IMG/VR virus record: IMGVR_UViG_3300032038_000006
Source of the DNA: a virus
Taxonomy: Duplodnaviria; Heunggongvirae; Uroviricota; Caudoviricetes
Direction: 5' to 3' (one strand)
DNA length: 64,000 bases
Shown piece after piece: positions 48,218 to 57,051 of the stretch (its first letter is position 1; each line of letters begins with the position of its first letter). The notes under the pieces were generated by a model, which saw only the letters and a program-made list of their open reading frames with translations, searched no databases and had not been told where the DNA came from. The position numbers and the translations under genes are program-made.

Positions 48218-48904
48218 ATGGGAATAATATATAAAATAACTAATTTAATTAATAGAAAAGCTTATATAGGATAGACAAGAATGTCCTTAAAAGCCAGAAT
48301 GTATAAACATTATTCTCACTCTAAAGAAGAAGGCGTAACAGGAATTGACGCTGCGATAGGAAAATATGGAAAAGAAAATTTTCTTATAGAAGTTATCGAA
48401 GAATGTGACGACTCTTTATTAGATGAAAGAGAAAGATACTATATTGAATTGTATTCTACTTATGCCAACTATGGGAAAGGATATAATTTAACATTAGGCG
48501 GACAAGATGGCTTAGGCTCATTAAGACAATTTACTATTGAAGAAGTAAATGATGCTCTTTCAAAAGGTGGAAGTATTAAGGTGGCTTCATAGCTATTAAA
48601 ATGTGCAGAAAGGACTCTATCTTCCTTTATGAAAAAGAATGGCATTAAAACTCCTTATAAAAGTAAGGGGAGAGTTGAAAATATCCTTAATAAGGGAAGA
48701 TAGTTTAAAGAAGGAGACTACGTAAAACCTGTTTACTGTAAAGAATTAGACAAGTCTTTTCCTTCTTTAAAAGATTGTGCTTAGTTTTTAATAGATAACG
48801 GTTATTCTAAAGCATCATCTATGGAAGCTGCACGAAAAGGATTAAGCAGACATTTAACAGGAGGTCGGCAGAGTTATCTACGAATGCATTTTGAGTATTT
48901 GTAA
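48218..48904 (+). CDS. GIY-YIG homing endonuclease with C-terminal DNA-binding modules; in-frame TAG at 48272, 48590, 48701, 48782
   Basis: GIIYKITN..YIG[TAG]T, then ...YNLTLGG. AT-rich. Continuous only if TAG is sense. Confidence 0.55.
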
Positions 48905-48946
48905 CCCTCCCTCGCCTCCACCAACAGTAAGAAAGGAGGAAGACGA

Positions 48947-49246
48947 ATGAGAGTTATAAAGATATGGCTGGACGATGTTCGTCCTGCTCCTGATAAAACT
49001 TGGTGGGCAGTCAAGTCTGTCAATCAGGCTAAGATAGTTATTCGTGCCGCAGAGGGTATTGAGGACGCATCTATCCAGCTCAGTCTGGACCATGACCTCG
49101 GTCAGTGGGCTAAGGACGGCGGCGACGGCATAAAGTTGCTTGACTGGATGGCAGAGACAAAGCGTTTCTACCCTGTTGAGCTTCACACACAGAACCCTGT
49201 TGGCAGGGAGAATATGCAGAGACTTATTGACCGTTACTGGAGGTAG
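48947..49246 (+). CDS. hypothetical protein
   Basis: RBS AAGGAGGA. Confidence 0.4.
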   Translation: MRVIKIWLDDVRPAPDKTWWAVKSVNQAKIVIRAAEGIEDASIQLSLDHDLGQWAKDGGDGIKLLDWMAETKRFYPVELHTQNPVGRENMQRLIDRYWR

Positions 49247-49248
49247 GA

Positions 49249-49464
49249 ATGAAGATAGATAAGATTTATACGGTAATTATACAGGATTCCTCTATTGGAT
49301 TTCTTACCCAAAAGGAAAGAGACGCTTGGATGATGGAGCAGTATCATATGTATAAGATTTCCGCAAATCGCCCATTTAAGACTTTCAAGGAATACTGGGA
49401 TGGAGCAGAAATGCTCACTATCCCCATCATCAGAATGAAAATCTTTGAGGGCGGCGCAAAGTAA
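49249..49464 (+). CDS. hypothetical protein
   Basis: ORF. Confidence 0.35.
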   Translation: MKIDKIYTVIIQDSSIGFLTQKERDAWMMEQYHMYKISANRPFKTFKEYWDGAEMLTIPIIRMKIFEGGAK

Positions 49465-49506
49465 TCCACTTTTAATTATCAAACCTATTGACTGAAAGGA
49501 GTTTTT

Positions 49507-49794
49507 ATGAGAGATTATGACAGTGAAGCTACTTTTTATAGTGTAATTATCTGCTTTATAATTTGCTTTATACTCATTTGTCTTTCACAGTGCGCCACAA
49601 GCAGCTCTTTTGAGGACGAAATGAGGCAGTATAAATATCTCGTAGTCAATGGAGAAACCTATAAGACTGAAGATATAGTAAGTGTCGATGCTGAATATGA
49701 ATATCATAGTAATGATATTATCATAATAGTTCTGAAGGACGGCACAAAGGTTTCATTTCAGGAAGGAAATTACACTCTTAAGGATAAGAAATAA
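49507..49794 (+). CDS. membrane-anchored hypothetical protein
   Basis: RBS. Confidence 0.4.
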   Translation: MRDYDSEATFYSVIICFIICFILICLSQCATSSSFEDEMRQYKYLVVNGETYKTEDIVSVDAEYEYHSNDIIIIVLKDGTKVSFQEGNYTLKDKK

Positions 49795-49805
49795 CAAATA
49801 AAAAT

Positions 49806-49834
49806 TTGACTTTTCTCATAAAATATGTTATAAT
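49806..49834 (+). promoter_or_regulatory. sigma70-like promoter
   Basis: TTGACT n17 TATAAT. Confidence 0.65.
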
Positions 49835-49865
49835 ATATATAGAAAATGAGAAAAGAGGTACAAAA

Positions 49866-50057
49866 ATGTTTATATGTCCCACTTGTGGTAGAGAATATGA
49901 GGAAGAGGAAATGGTTGCGAAGCATTTTCTTTCTTGTTGGAAAGAGCATAACACGTCGCACATTTCTAAAGAAGCTCCTCATAGTCCCGACATAGAAGTA
50001 AGAAAGTCTAATCCAGATGCAGAAGCCTTCTTCGCCTCTTTTAAGAAAGGAGAATGA
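49866..50057 (+). CDS. small zinc-ribbon protein
   Basis: CPTCG...C. Confidence 0.35.
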   Translation: MFICPTCGREYEEEEMVAKHFLSCWKEHNTSHISKEAPHSPDIEVRKSNPDAEAFFASFKKGE

Positions 50058-50058
50058 A

Positions 50059-50412
50059 ATGGATAAAACAGTATCGGTAAAGACTCATCTTATTATCACA
50101 GACATTCACGAAGAATACAATATAAATTGGTGCGGTCGGCTTATTGACTCCAACCCTGTTCTTAAAAATGGTATGCCTATCTTTGTCGTTGCAGGTAGCA
50201 ACGGCAGAATGGAGCTCAACACCATTGATATGAAACAGATAGAGGAGTGGGGTAAGAAAATGACCTATCCTCGTGGACGTAAGGCAGTCACAACTGATAA
50301 AGCCTACATCTACATTAAAGAAAAGGGCGGCAATGAGAAGCTCGTCTGTGTAGTAACCCATAATCACATTAAGAAGTACGCTTCAATGTATGATAAGGTT
50401 GGTTACAGATAA
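50059..50412 (+). CDS. hypothetical protein
   Basis: ORF. Confidence 0.4.
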   Translation: MDKTVSVKTHLIITDIHEEYNINWCGRLIDSNPVLKNGMPIFVVAGSNGRMELNTIDMKQIEEWGKKMTYPRGRKAVTTDKAYIYIKEKGGNEKLVCVVTHNHIKKYASMYDKVGYR

Positions 50413-50430
50413 ATACAGACAATAAAGAAT

Positions 50431-50459
50431 TTGACTTTTTCTAAAAAATATGATATAAT
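50431..50459 (+). promoter_or_regulatory. sigma70-like promoter
   Basis: TTGACT n17 TATAAT. Confidence 0.65.
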
Positions 50460-50494
50460 ATTTATAGAAAAGGTTAAGAAAGAGAGTAAATCTT

Positions 50495-50758
50495 ATGAAA
50501 CGTAAATACAGAAAGGAAAGAAATACTATGAAAGACTTTTTAGGACTCGTAAGTGCTTTTCTGGGAATGTTGACTGCATTCCTCGGAGCAATCGGTATCG
50601 AAGCTGGTTTCATAATCTCAGTTGTTTTATGTATTCTGAAACTGGCAAGCATTTGTGTAATCGGCTGGGGTGTAGTCGTTGCACCAACTCTAATTCCGCT
50701 TGGCTTACTTATCGTCGGTTTCATACTTATGGGACTTGTCGGTTTGTTCCTCAATTAA
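50495..50758 (+). CDS. small membrane protein
   Basis: ORF after a promoter. Confidence 0.4.
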   Translation: MKRKYRKERNTMKDFLGLVSAFLGMLTAFLGAIGIEAGFIISVVLCILKLASICVIGWGVVVAPTLIPLGLLIVGFILMGLVGLFLN

Positions 50759-50769
50759 GCAATAAAAAA

Positions 50770-50798
50770 TTGACTTTTCTTGAAAAATATGATATAAT
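50770..50798 (+). promoter_or_regulatory. sigma70-like promoter
   Basis: TTGACT n17 TATAAT. Confidence 0.65.
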
Positions 50799-50829
50799 AT
50801 TTATAGAGAAATGAAAGAGAGGTACTTTT

Positions 50830-51003
50830 ATGGAAGCTGTAAAGAATGAGAATGTAAAGAAGTTCGTATCCCGTTTTCAGCATCGTGCTGAAGCAAAGGC
50901 TTTCGCAGAAAAGAATAACGCTGTCGTTGAGCGTTGCCCCGCAGTTGGTGCAAATGCTGACGGCTTCTTCAAGTTTCAGGTTGTTGTAGAACGTAAAGCC
51001 TGA
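50830..51003 (+). CDS. small hypothetical protein (57 aa)
   Basis: RBS; followed by the GGGAGG...CCTCCC hairpin. Confidence 0.35.
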   Translation: MEAVKNENVKKFVSRFQHRAEAKAFAEKNNAVVERCPAVGANADGFFKFQVVVERKA

Positions 51004-51044
51004 TTTCCTTTACTAATCGGGAGGCTTGCTCCTCCCGTACTTAA

Positions 51045-51119
51045 GCCCTCGTCGTTCAACGGATAGGATATATGGCTACGAACCACAAGATGAAAGTTCG
51101 ATTCTTTCCGAGGGTGCCA
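51045..51119 (+). tRNA. tRNA-Arg(ACG)
   Basis: Loop CTACGAA. Confidence 0.7.
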
Positions 51120-51121
51120 AT

Positions 51122-51197
51122 GCTGACGTAGCACAATTGGTGGTGCAATTGATTAGTAATCAATAGGCTGAGGGTTCGAGTCCCTCCGTTAGCCCCA
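51122..51197 (+). tRNA. tRNA-Thr(AGT)
   Basis: Loop TTAGTAA; A34. Confidence 0.6.
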
Positions 51198-51220
51198 ATA
51201 ATTCCAAAGCAATTAAAAAT

Positions 51221-51249
51221 TTGACTTTTTCTAAAAAATATGATATAAT
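51221..51249 (+). promoter_or_regulatory. sigma70-like promoter within tRNA array 2
   Basis: TTGACT n17 TATAAT. Confidence 0.65.
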
Positions 51250-51296
51250 ATTTATAGAAAAGTTGAGAAAGACAATTAAAGAAATTGGTGTTCTGT

Positions 51297-51390
51297 GGAG
51301 ATACTGTAGCCAAAAGGTAAGGCGGCGGACTGCAACTCCGTGAACAGGGCAATCCCCTTCCTGTCGGTTCGACTCCGACCAGTATCTCCA
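51297..51390 (+). tRNA. tRNA-like with anticodon GCA (Cys) and a roughly 20-nt variable region; no encoded CCA
   Basis: Acceptor GGAGATA/TATCTCC; loop CTGCAAC. Confidence 0.4.
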
Positions 51391-51408
51391 GAGAACATCA
51401 ATACAAAT

Positions 51409-51484
51409 GCTCCTGTAGCACAATAGGTAGTGCAGGTCCCTTGTAAGGACAAGGTTGCAGGTTCGATTCCTGTCGGGAGCCCCA
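51409..51484 (+). tRNA. tRNA-Thr(TGT)
   Basis: Loop CTTGTAA. Confidence 0.75.
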
Positions 51485-51740
51485 TACGGTGTGGTTAGCC
51501 GAGTAGTAACCTTGGATTTGTCCTTGCCAAGCATAAAACGGACACCTTAGAAGGGTTAGATGGTTAAATCCTTGTCCCGTAGTGAGAGTAGGTCGGATAT
51601 AGACTCTCCCTCGTCAGCAGAGTAGGAGCTGGCATCTACCGTTGCAGGTGTAGGGTAACGGGGTGAGTAGTTGGCAAGCTTAACAAACCAACTCGGAGTA
51701 ATCTTACTTCGTTAGGGAGTGGTACTGCTCCCTAAGATAT

Positions 51741-51818
51741 CGGGCATTGACGCAATTGGTTTAGCGTAACTGACTCTTAATCAGTAAGTTTGGGGTTCGA
51801 GTCCCCGATGCCCGACCA
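51741..51818 (+). tRNA. tRNA-Lys(CTT)
   Basis: Loop CTCTTAA. Confidence 0.75.
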
Positions 51819-51843
51819 ATAATCTTCAATAACAAATAAAAAT

Positions 51844-51872
51844 TTGACTTTTTTTAGAAAATATGATATAAT
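51844..51872 (+). promoter_or_regulatory. sigma70-like promoter within tRNA array 2
   Basis: TTGACT n17 TATAAT. Confidence 0.65.
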
Positions 51873-51901
51873 ATTTATAGAAAAGGTCAAGAGAGAAAAA
51901 C

Positions 51902-51978
51902 AATTTTAAATGGGAGAATAGCTCTAACGGTTAGAGCGGCGAGCTGTTAACTCGATGGTTGTGGGTTCGAATCCCTCC
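51902..51978 (+). tRNA. tRNA-Asn(GTT)
   Basis: Loop CTGTTAA. Confidence 0.65.
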
Positions 51979-51981
51979 TCT

Positions 51982-52067
51982 CCCGCCAAATGGGTCGGTA
52001 GCCTAACGGTTAGGCAGGCGGCTGTTAACCGTCGGAATTTATTTCCTATGCAGGTTCGAATCCTGTC
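51982..52067 (+). tRNA. tRNA-Asn(GTT)-like with extended variable region
   Basis: Loop CTGTTAA; 86 nt. Confidence 0.45.
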
Positions 52068-52195
52068 CGTCCCGCCAAAAACGAAAATTGTGGTAGCTTA
52101 ATAGTCATATGGTAAACGCTACAAGAGGGTGTGGATAACGTCACAGCGACTGCACTGGAGCGACACCTCTGTCCGCTTAATCGCTCCAATTAAAT

Positions 52196-52272
52196 GGTGC
52201 CGTAGTTCAATAGAGTAGAGCACTGGACTGTCACTCCAGAGGTTGCGGGTTCGAGTCCCGTCGGTATCGCCA
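52196..52272 (+). tRNA. tRNA-Asp(GTC)
   Basis: Loop CTGTCAC. Confidence 0.7.
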
Positions 52273-52361
52273 AAGGCTCGATTAAGAACAAAAGAGGTTA
52301 CGAGAGGAACAAAAATAATAACCCATATGTCGTGCGGCAAGACGTTAATTGCCACCAAAAT

Positions 52362-52436
52362 GGTTCTGTCGATTAACTGGTTAAGTCAGTAGCCTGTCAC
52401 GCTACAGTTACGGGTTCGAGTCCCGTCGGAATCGCC
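52362..52436 (+). tRNA. tRNA-Asp(GTC) second copy
   Basis: Loop CTGTCAC. Confidence 0.7.
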
Positions 52437-52440
52437 AAAT

Positions 52441-52514
52441 GTGGGATTAGTTTAGTGGTAAAATACCAGTTTGCCATACTGGTGTCGAGGGTTCAATTCC
52501 CTTATCCCACACCA
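52441..52514 (+). tRNA. tRNA-Gly(GCC)
   Basis: Loop TTGCCAT. Confidence 0.8.
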
Positions 52515-52517
52515 AAT

Positions 52518-52594
52518 GCCGTCGTAGCTCAGCTGGTTAGAGCACTCGGCTGATAACCGAGAGGTCGGAGGTTCGAGTCCTCTCGGCGGCACCA
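52518..52594 (+). tRNA. tRNA-Ile(GAT)
   Basis: Loop CTGATAA. Confidence 0.8.
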
Positions 52595-52609
52595 ATAGCA
52601 GAAAAGAAT

Positions 52610-52638
52610 TTGACTTTTTCTATAAAATATGGTATAAT
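52610..52638 (+). promoter_or_regulatory. sigma70-like promoter within tRNA array 2
   Basis: TTGACT n17 TATAAT. Confidence 0.65.
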
Positions 52639-52766
52639 ATTTATAGAAAATGAGAAAGAGATTAAAAACTTCAAAGATATGAAGCAACTCTGGGCGTTCC
52701 TGAAAAACGGACAGTATCTTTGAGAGCGGATAAGGGTTTTATGAGTTTTACCTCTCTGCAAATAAT

Positions 52767-52845
52767 GGGCTTTGGGACTGCAAGGGGTGGTCACCTGTTT
52801 TGCAAACAGGAAAACAGATGGGTTCGATTCCCATAAGGTCCACCA
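52767..52845 (+). tRNA. tRNA-Ala(TGC) with G3:U70
   Basis: Loop TTTGCAA; G3·U70 wobble present. Confidence 0.7.
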
Positions 52846-53011
52846 AGGTGCATAGGGTCCGCTACCTTAAACCCTACGAAGCGTTAACATGGATTTACGG
52901 TTTCAACTACCACTGGCAGACAATCAGCGATTTATCAATGAGCGTCAGATATGTGGCTTTGTGGCAAACGCTCCGTTACCAAATAAGAAGGCAAAGTAAA
53001 ACCGAACTAAT

Positions 53012-53087
53012 GGCGGCATCGACAAGTGGTCTAAGTCACCAGCCTTTCACGCTGGAGTCACGGGTTCGAATCCCGTTGCCGTCACCA
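53012..53087 (+). tRNA. tRNA-Glu(TTC) second copy
   Basis: Loop CTTTCAC. Confidence 0.7.
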
Positions 53088-53115
53088 TTTCCGAAAGGAA
53101 AAGGAAAAGAAAAAT

Positions 53116-53144
53116 TTGACTTTTTTAAAAAAATATGGTATAAT
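53116..53144 (+). promoter_or_regulatory. sigma70-like promoter
   Basis: TTGACT n17 TATAAT. Confidence 0.65.
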
Positions 53145-53222
53145 ATTTATAGAAAAGGTCAAGAAAACCAATTCAAAAAAATTAAATGATGACGTGCTAA
53201 GGCACAGAAAGTGAGGGCTATT

Positions 53223-53639
53223 ATGGCTAACGAGAAGATGACAATGAGAACATTCCTTAACGGTGTACTTGCTACAGAGGGTCTTGCAGAGGACCTTGCA
53301 ACTTACGCTAAGGCTGAGCTTACAAAGCTCGACGAGAAGAACGAGAAGAGACGTAACTCTCTTACTCCTGCACAGGCTGAGAACGAGGCTCTTAAGGCTA
53401 AGTTCGTTGCTGAGGCAAACGCAGAGACTGCTTACGCTGCATCTGCTGTCGCTGAGATGCTTGGTGTTTCCACACAGAAGGCATCTGCTCTTATGAGAGC
53501 ACTTAAGGCTGACGGTGTTGTTGCAGAGGGCGAGGCAAAGTCTGCAACTGGTAAGGGTAAGGTTAAGACTTACACTCTCACAGGTGTAGAGTTCGTTTCT
53601 AAGGCTCCTGCTAAGGCTGAGGCTGAGGCAGAGGGCTGA
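53223..53639 (+). CDS. small Ala/Lys-rich probable DNA-binding protein with host-like codon usage
   Basis: RBS GTGAGGG plus ATG; HTH-like AEMLGVSTQKASALMRALK. Confidence 0.45.
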   Translation: MANEKMTMRTFLNGVLATEGLAEDLATYAKAELTKLDEKNEKRRNSLTPAQAENEALKAKFVAEANAETAYAASAVAEMLGVSTQKASALMRALKADGVVAEGEAKSATGKGKVKTYTLTGVEFVSKAPAKAEAEAEG

Positions 53640-53692
53640 TAACCCTTCAAACTGAAACATTCGCGGCGGGGCAATGACCTCGCCGTAGAAAT

Positions 53693-53770
53693 CGCGGCAT
53701 AGTGGAACTGGTTTAACACGCCACCCTCTCAAGGTGGAGAGTCGGGGTTCGAGTCCCCGTGCCGTGACCA
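53693..53770 (+). tRNA. tRNA-Glu(CTC)
   Basis: Loop CTCTCAA. Confidence 0.65.
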
Positions 53771-53994
53771 TTAAATCTTGAACTATTAGAGACGTGGTTC
53801 GTGACCTTGATTTATCAAGGTAGGAAGGTTCGATTCCTTCAGGGAGTAAGGTGCAGTTCGAGTCTGCAAATAGTTTTAAGTTGTTACGGAGAGCCACGGC
53901 TGCTCAAGATATTCGCCATCAGCTGTAAAGCGAGTATTAGACCAAGTACATAACTTGGAGAGTGAGGTAACTATCCGCTACTCACTTATTAAAT

Positions 53995-54083
53995 CGGCAG
54001 GTAGCACGTAATTGGTAGCGTCGCGGGCTGTAACCCCGTTGCCCTTAGGGGTCTTGAAGGTTCGAGTCCTTCCCTGCCGACCA
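53995..54083 (+). tRNA. tRNA-Tyr(GTA), type II
   Basis: Loop CTGTAAC; long variable arm. Confidence 0.75.
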
Positions 54084-54089
54084 ATTTAA

Positions 54090-54163
54090 TTCCCTTTCGT
54101 CTAATGGTAGGACGCCTGTCTCTGAAACAGATAATGTAGGTTCGACTCCTGCAAGGGAAACCA
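54090..54163 (+). tRNA. tRNA-Gln(CTG)
   Basis: Loop CTCTGAA; body matches Gln(TTG). Confidence 0.75.
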
Positions 54164-54468
54164 AAAGTTGAATACCAGTCTCAACTTTAAAATAAAGGGA
54201 AACATATGGGGCGCGGCACCTCTAAGTGGTCGTAGTTTTTGAGTCGGTGTGCTAAGAACTGACTTCGGGTGTTCTGGACGTGATGCAGAAATAGTGCTGG
54301 TAGAAGGACCAGATAACTTGTTTAGGAGTGAGTAACCTATTCCCTACCGTGTCTTTAGGTAAAAAGATGCCGTGGCAATTACGGAGTATGTCGTCGCTGA
54401 GCCTCAGACGTAAAATTGACTTGGACAGCCTTCCCGAAGGGGTTGCAAACCTTTCAATAGGCACATAT

Positions 54469-54545
54469 TGCGGGGTGGAGCAGTCTGGTAGCTCGCAAGA
54501 TTCATTATCTTGAGGTCGTTGGTTCAAATCCTTCTCCCGCAACCA
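54469..54545 (+). tRNA. tRNA(CAT), fMet-like body but T1-A72 paired
   Basis: Loop TTCATTA; D-arm identical to E. coli fMet. Confidence 0.55.
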
Positions 54546-54548
54546 AAT

Positions 54549-54623
54549 GCCCCTATAGCATAACGGAGAGTGCACGCGCCTTCTAAGCGTGTGATGTAGG
54601 TTCGATTCCTACTGGGGGTGCCA
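54549..54623 (+). tRNA. tRNA-Arg(TCT)
   Basis: Loop CTTCTAA. Confidence 0.75.
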
Positions 54624-54628
54624 TTAAT

Positions 54629-54704
54629 ACTCGCATAACTCAATTGGTAGAGTGCTTCCTTGACGTGGAAGAAGTTGTCAGTTCAAGTCTGGCTGTGAGT
54701 ACCA
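54629..54704 (+). tRNA. tRNA-Val(GAC)
   Basis: Loop TTGACGT. Confidence 0.7.
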
Positions 54705-54880
54705 TTAGGATTACCGCTTATTCTTTAAAAGTACGCCCAAACTTTTTGAAGTTGCAACCTTGTCGAAAAGGGAAGACTAAGCTAAGCGGCGGAGATGAAT
54801 GGTCTCCGTAAATAAATCATATCGTATACGCAAGATATTGAATGACTTATGCTTAACTCGTTAAAAGAAGCATTGGAAAT

Positions 54881-54958
54881 GCCTGTGTAGCTCAGATGGT
54901 TTAGAGTGTGCGCCTCATAAGCGTAAGGTCGTGGGTTCGATGCCCGCCACAGGCACCA
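54881..54958 (+). tRNA. tRNA-Met/Ile2(CAT)
   Basis: Loop CTCATAA. Confidence 0.75.
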
Positions 54959-55179
54959 TTCGTTTGGAAGCGTCGTGAATAAACTTCCCCTGCGGCACAG
55001 GGACACTGAGCACCGTATTTGGTAGTTTCTTTTAAGTTAAGGAAATTATCTGTCGGAACGCCATATCAGTTGCGTTTAAGTACTGCTACTTACTAAGCGG
55101 CGTGAACGGAATCCCACGAGACGGCGATTGACCGAGCTGACAAGCAGCTTCTGGAATATGAAAGTAGTGCGTACGGCTA

Positions 55180-55255
55180 CCTTGTTAATGGGCTCGTAGC
55201 TCAATTGGGAGAGCGCCTGCCTTGCAAGCAGGAGGTCGAGGGTTCGACTCCCTTC
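55180..55255 (+). tRNA. tRNA-Ala(TGC) second copy, G3:U70
   Basis: Loop CTTGCAA. Confidence 0.8.
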
Positions 55256-55362
55256 GAGTCCACCAATAAAGATAGGTACAGCAAACCAAAATGGTTAAAG
55301 ATTTTTGTTTTGAGAAAAATTGAAGTGGTTCAAATCCACAAAGTATAACCTATCTTGATAAT

Positions 55363-55438
55363 GCCTCGGAAGCTAACTCGGTAGAAGCGGCGGACTGAAA
55401 ATCCGCAGGAACTGGTTCGACACCAGTCTGGGGCACCA
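55363..55438 (+). tRNA. tRNA-Phe(GAA) second copy
   Basis: Loop CTGAAAA. Confidence 0.7.
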
Positions 55439-55780
55439 TGAGCTTGGCGGCTCATAAAAACAGTTCCCTTATGGTGCAAGGATTTATCAACCCTCTACAT
55501 CATATTGTAGAAACGGGCGGGTGCAGGTGATTCAGTGCTCGTGCGACTGGCTTTGGTAGTGTTTCAGAATAAAACATTAGAACTACCCTCCAATTGACTG
55601 GGAGTTGGCAGTTGAGGTTTGACTCACCAAACGAGTTGCCAGAGATAGGCGTGAAGTCGTAAGTCGACGTGCGGCGGACAATCATTCCATTTCAATTGAA
55701 TGAGGAATTGGTAGTTAAGTACTAAAGTATCAGAAGCCCTGATAGGCTCTGACGACAGGAAGACAACTGATTCCTTTTAT

Positions 55781-56626
55781 GCGTCGTTGGTGTAATGGTA
55801 GCATACTTGGTTCCATTCGCAAATTTAAATGTTATTCTCTCTTAATAGGAGAGTGATAAAATGCAAAGCGAAAATTTAATCAAAGGTCAGATAATTGAAT
55901 TAAAAGTTCAAGAAGAATTACTAAGATATGGATTTGATATTTCTATTCCTACTTATAATTCTTCAAGATATGATTTAATTGCAGATACAGGAAAAGAGCT
56001 TCTTAAAATTCAAATTAAAAAGTCTATTGGAGTTACTGAAAATAGCTTTAAATTTGATTGCTTTTCCTCAAATGTAACTGCAAAACAAGCTTCAAAACAT
56101 AAATACACAAAAGAAGAAGTTGATTATTTTGCTACTGTATGGAAAGATAAAGTATATTTAGTACCGATAGATGAAACTTCCTATAGTAAAACTATTCAAC
56201 TTGTTAAAAATAATTACGGCAATTATGCAGAAGATTATTTATGTGAAAATGTTTTACAAAGTTATTCAAGATTATCTGATGATGAGCTGTATAATTTCAC
56301 AAGTCAAAGAAAATATCATTGTAGTAAATGTGGTTGTGAAATTAAAACTAATTCAGAATATTGTGTTTCCTGCAAAAACTTATTGAGTCAAACAGTAGAA
56401 AGACCATCGCGAGATGAGTTAAAAACGTTGATACGCATCAAAACTTTTGTTGATATAGGCAAAATGTATAGCGTTTCTGATAATGCGATAAGAAAATGGT
56501 GTGATGCAGAAGGACTGCCAAGAAAGAAAAGTGAGATAAAAAAATATTCTGAAGTGGAGTGGAATAACATTTAAACATTGTAAATGGACCCAAACGGTCA
56601 GGGTTCGAGTCCTTGACGGCGTGCCA
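55781..56626 (+). tRNA. tRNA gene split by a roughly 770-nt insertion: 5' exon 55781..~55812, 3' exon ~56588..56626; anticodon probably CCA (Trp) or TCC
   Basis: 5' half GCGTCGTTGGTGTAATGGTAGCATACTTGG. 3' half CCAAACGGTCAGGGTTCGAGTCCTTGACGGCGTGCCA. The acceptor halves pair 7/7. Confidence 0.5.
55861..56574 (+). CDS. Hjc/PD-(D/E)xK-like nuclease + zinc ribbon + HTH; candidate intron-encoded homing endonuclease; AT-rich
   Basis: RBS AGGAGAG. ELKVQEELLRYGFDIS...YDLIAD...IQIKK. CSKCGC...CVSC. Confidence 0.5.
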   Translation: MQSENLIKGQIIELKVQEELLRYGFDISIPTYNSSRYDLIADTGKELLKIQIKKSIGVTENSFKFDCFSSNVTAKQASKHKYTKEEVDYFATVWKDKVYLVPIDETSYSKTIQLVKNNYGNYAEDYLCENVLQSYSRLSDDELYNFTSQRKYHCSKCGCEIKTNSEYCVSCKNLLSQTVERPSRDELKTLIRIKTFVDIGKMYSVSDNAIRKWCDAEGLPRKKSEIKKYSEVEWNNI

Positions 56627-56648
56627 AAAGTTTCAGTCATAGTACCTC

Positions 56649-56676
56649 GGGCAGCATTAGGCTGCCCTTTTTTCTT
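56649..56676 (+). terminator. rho-independent terminator after the split tRNA
   Basis: GGGCAGC..GCTGCCC followed by T6. Confidence 0.65.
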
Positions 56677-56695
56677 TCTATAAACAAATAAAAAT

Positions 56696-56724
56696 TTGAC
56701 ATTTTTATAATTTTATGGTATAAT
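56696..56724 (+). promoter_or_regulatory. sigma70-like promoter
   Basis: TTGACA n17 TATAAT. Confidence 0.65.
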
Positions 56725-56756
56725 ATATATAGAAAATAAGGAAAGAGGTAAAAACT

Positions 56757-57050
56757 ATGAAAGTTATAAAAACTATATATATTGTTCAGTGCGAAGACCA
56801 TTCTGACCTTACCGTTTACACTTCTAAAGAAGAGGCGGTTACAGCGATAGAAGACGAAATCAATTATTATGCTGAAAAATGGGGCAATGAAGATGAAGCA
56901 ATCGTAACTGCCAGAGAAGAGCTTCAGGACTCTTTGACGAGAGCCGATAGAAGCGGTTATTTCGGCACTTACATTTCAGATAATTCTATCAGTTGTCATA
57001 TTGAAACAGTAGAATTCGATGTCGACATTGACCTCACGAAAGGAGTTTAA
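56757..57050 (+). CDS. hypothetical protein
   Basis: RBS. Confidence 0.4.
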   Translation: MKVIKTIYIVQCEDHSDLTVYTSKEEAVTAIEDEINYYAEKWGNEDEAIVTAREELQDSLTRADRSGYFGTYISDNSISCHIETVEFDVDIDLTKGV

Positions 57051-57051
57051 T

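Noticed and set aside
51016-51040. GGGAGG..CCTCCC hairpin as terminator
   Set aside because: No downstream T-run; it directly precedes tRNA-Arg, so it is more likely a processing or structural hairpin.
51056-53897. Minus-strand ORFs (51160..51534, 53082..53897, 52537..52794 and others) over tRNA array 2
   Set aside because: Same reason: antisense of tRNA genes; 53082..53897 is also antisense to the 53223 CDS.
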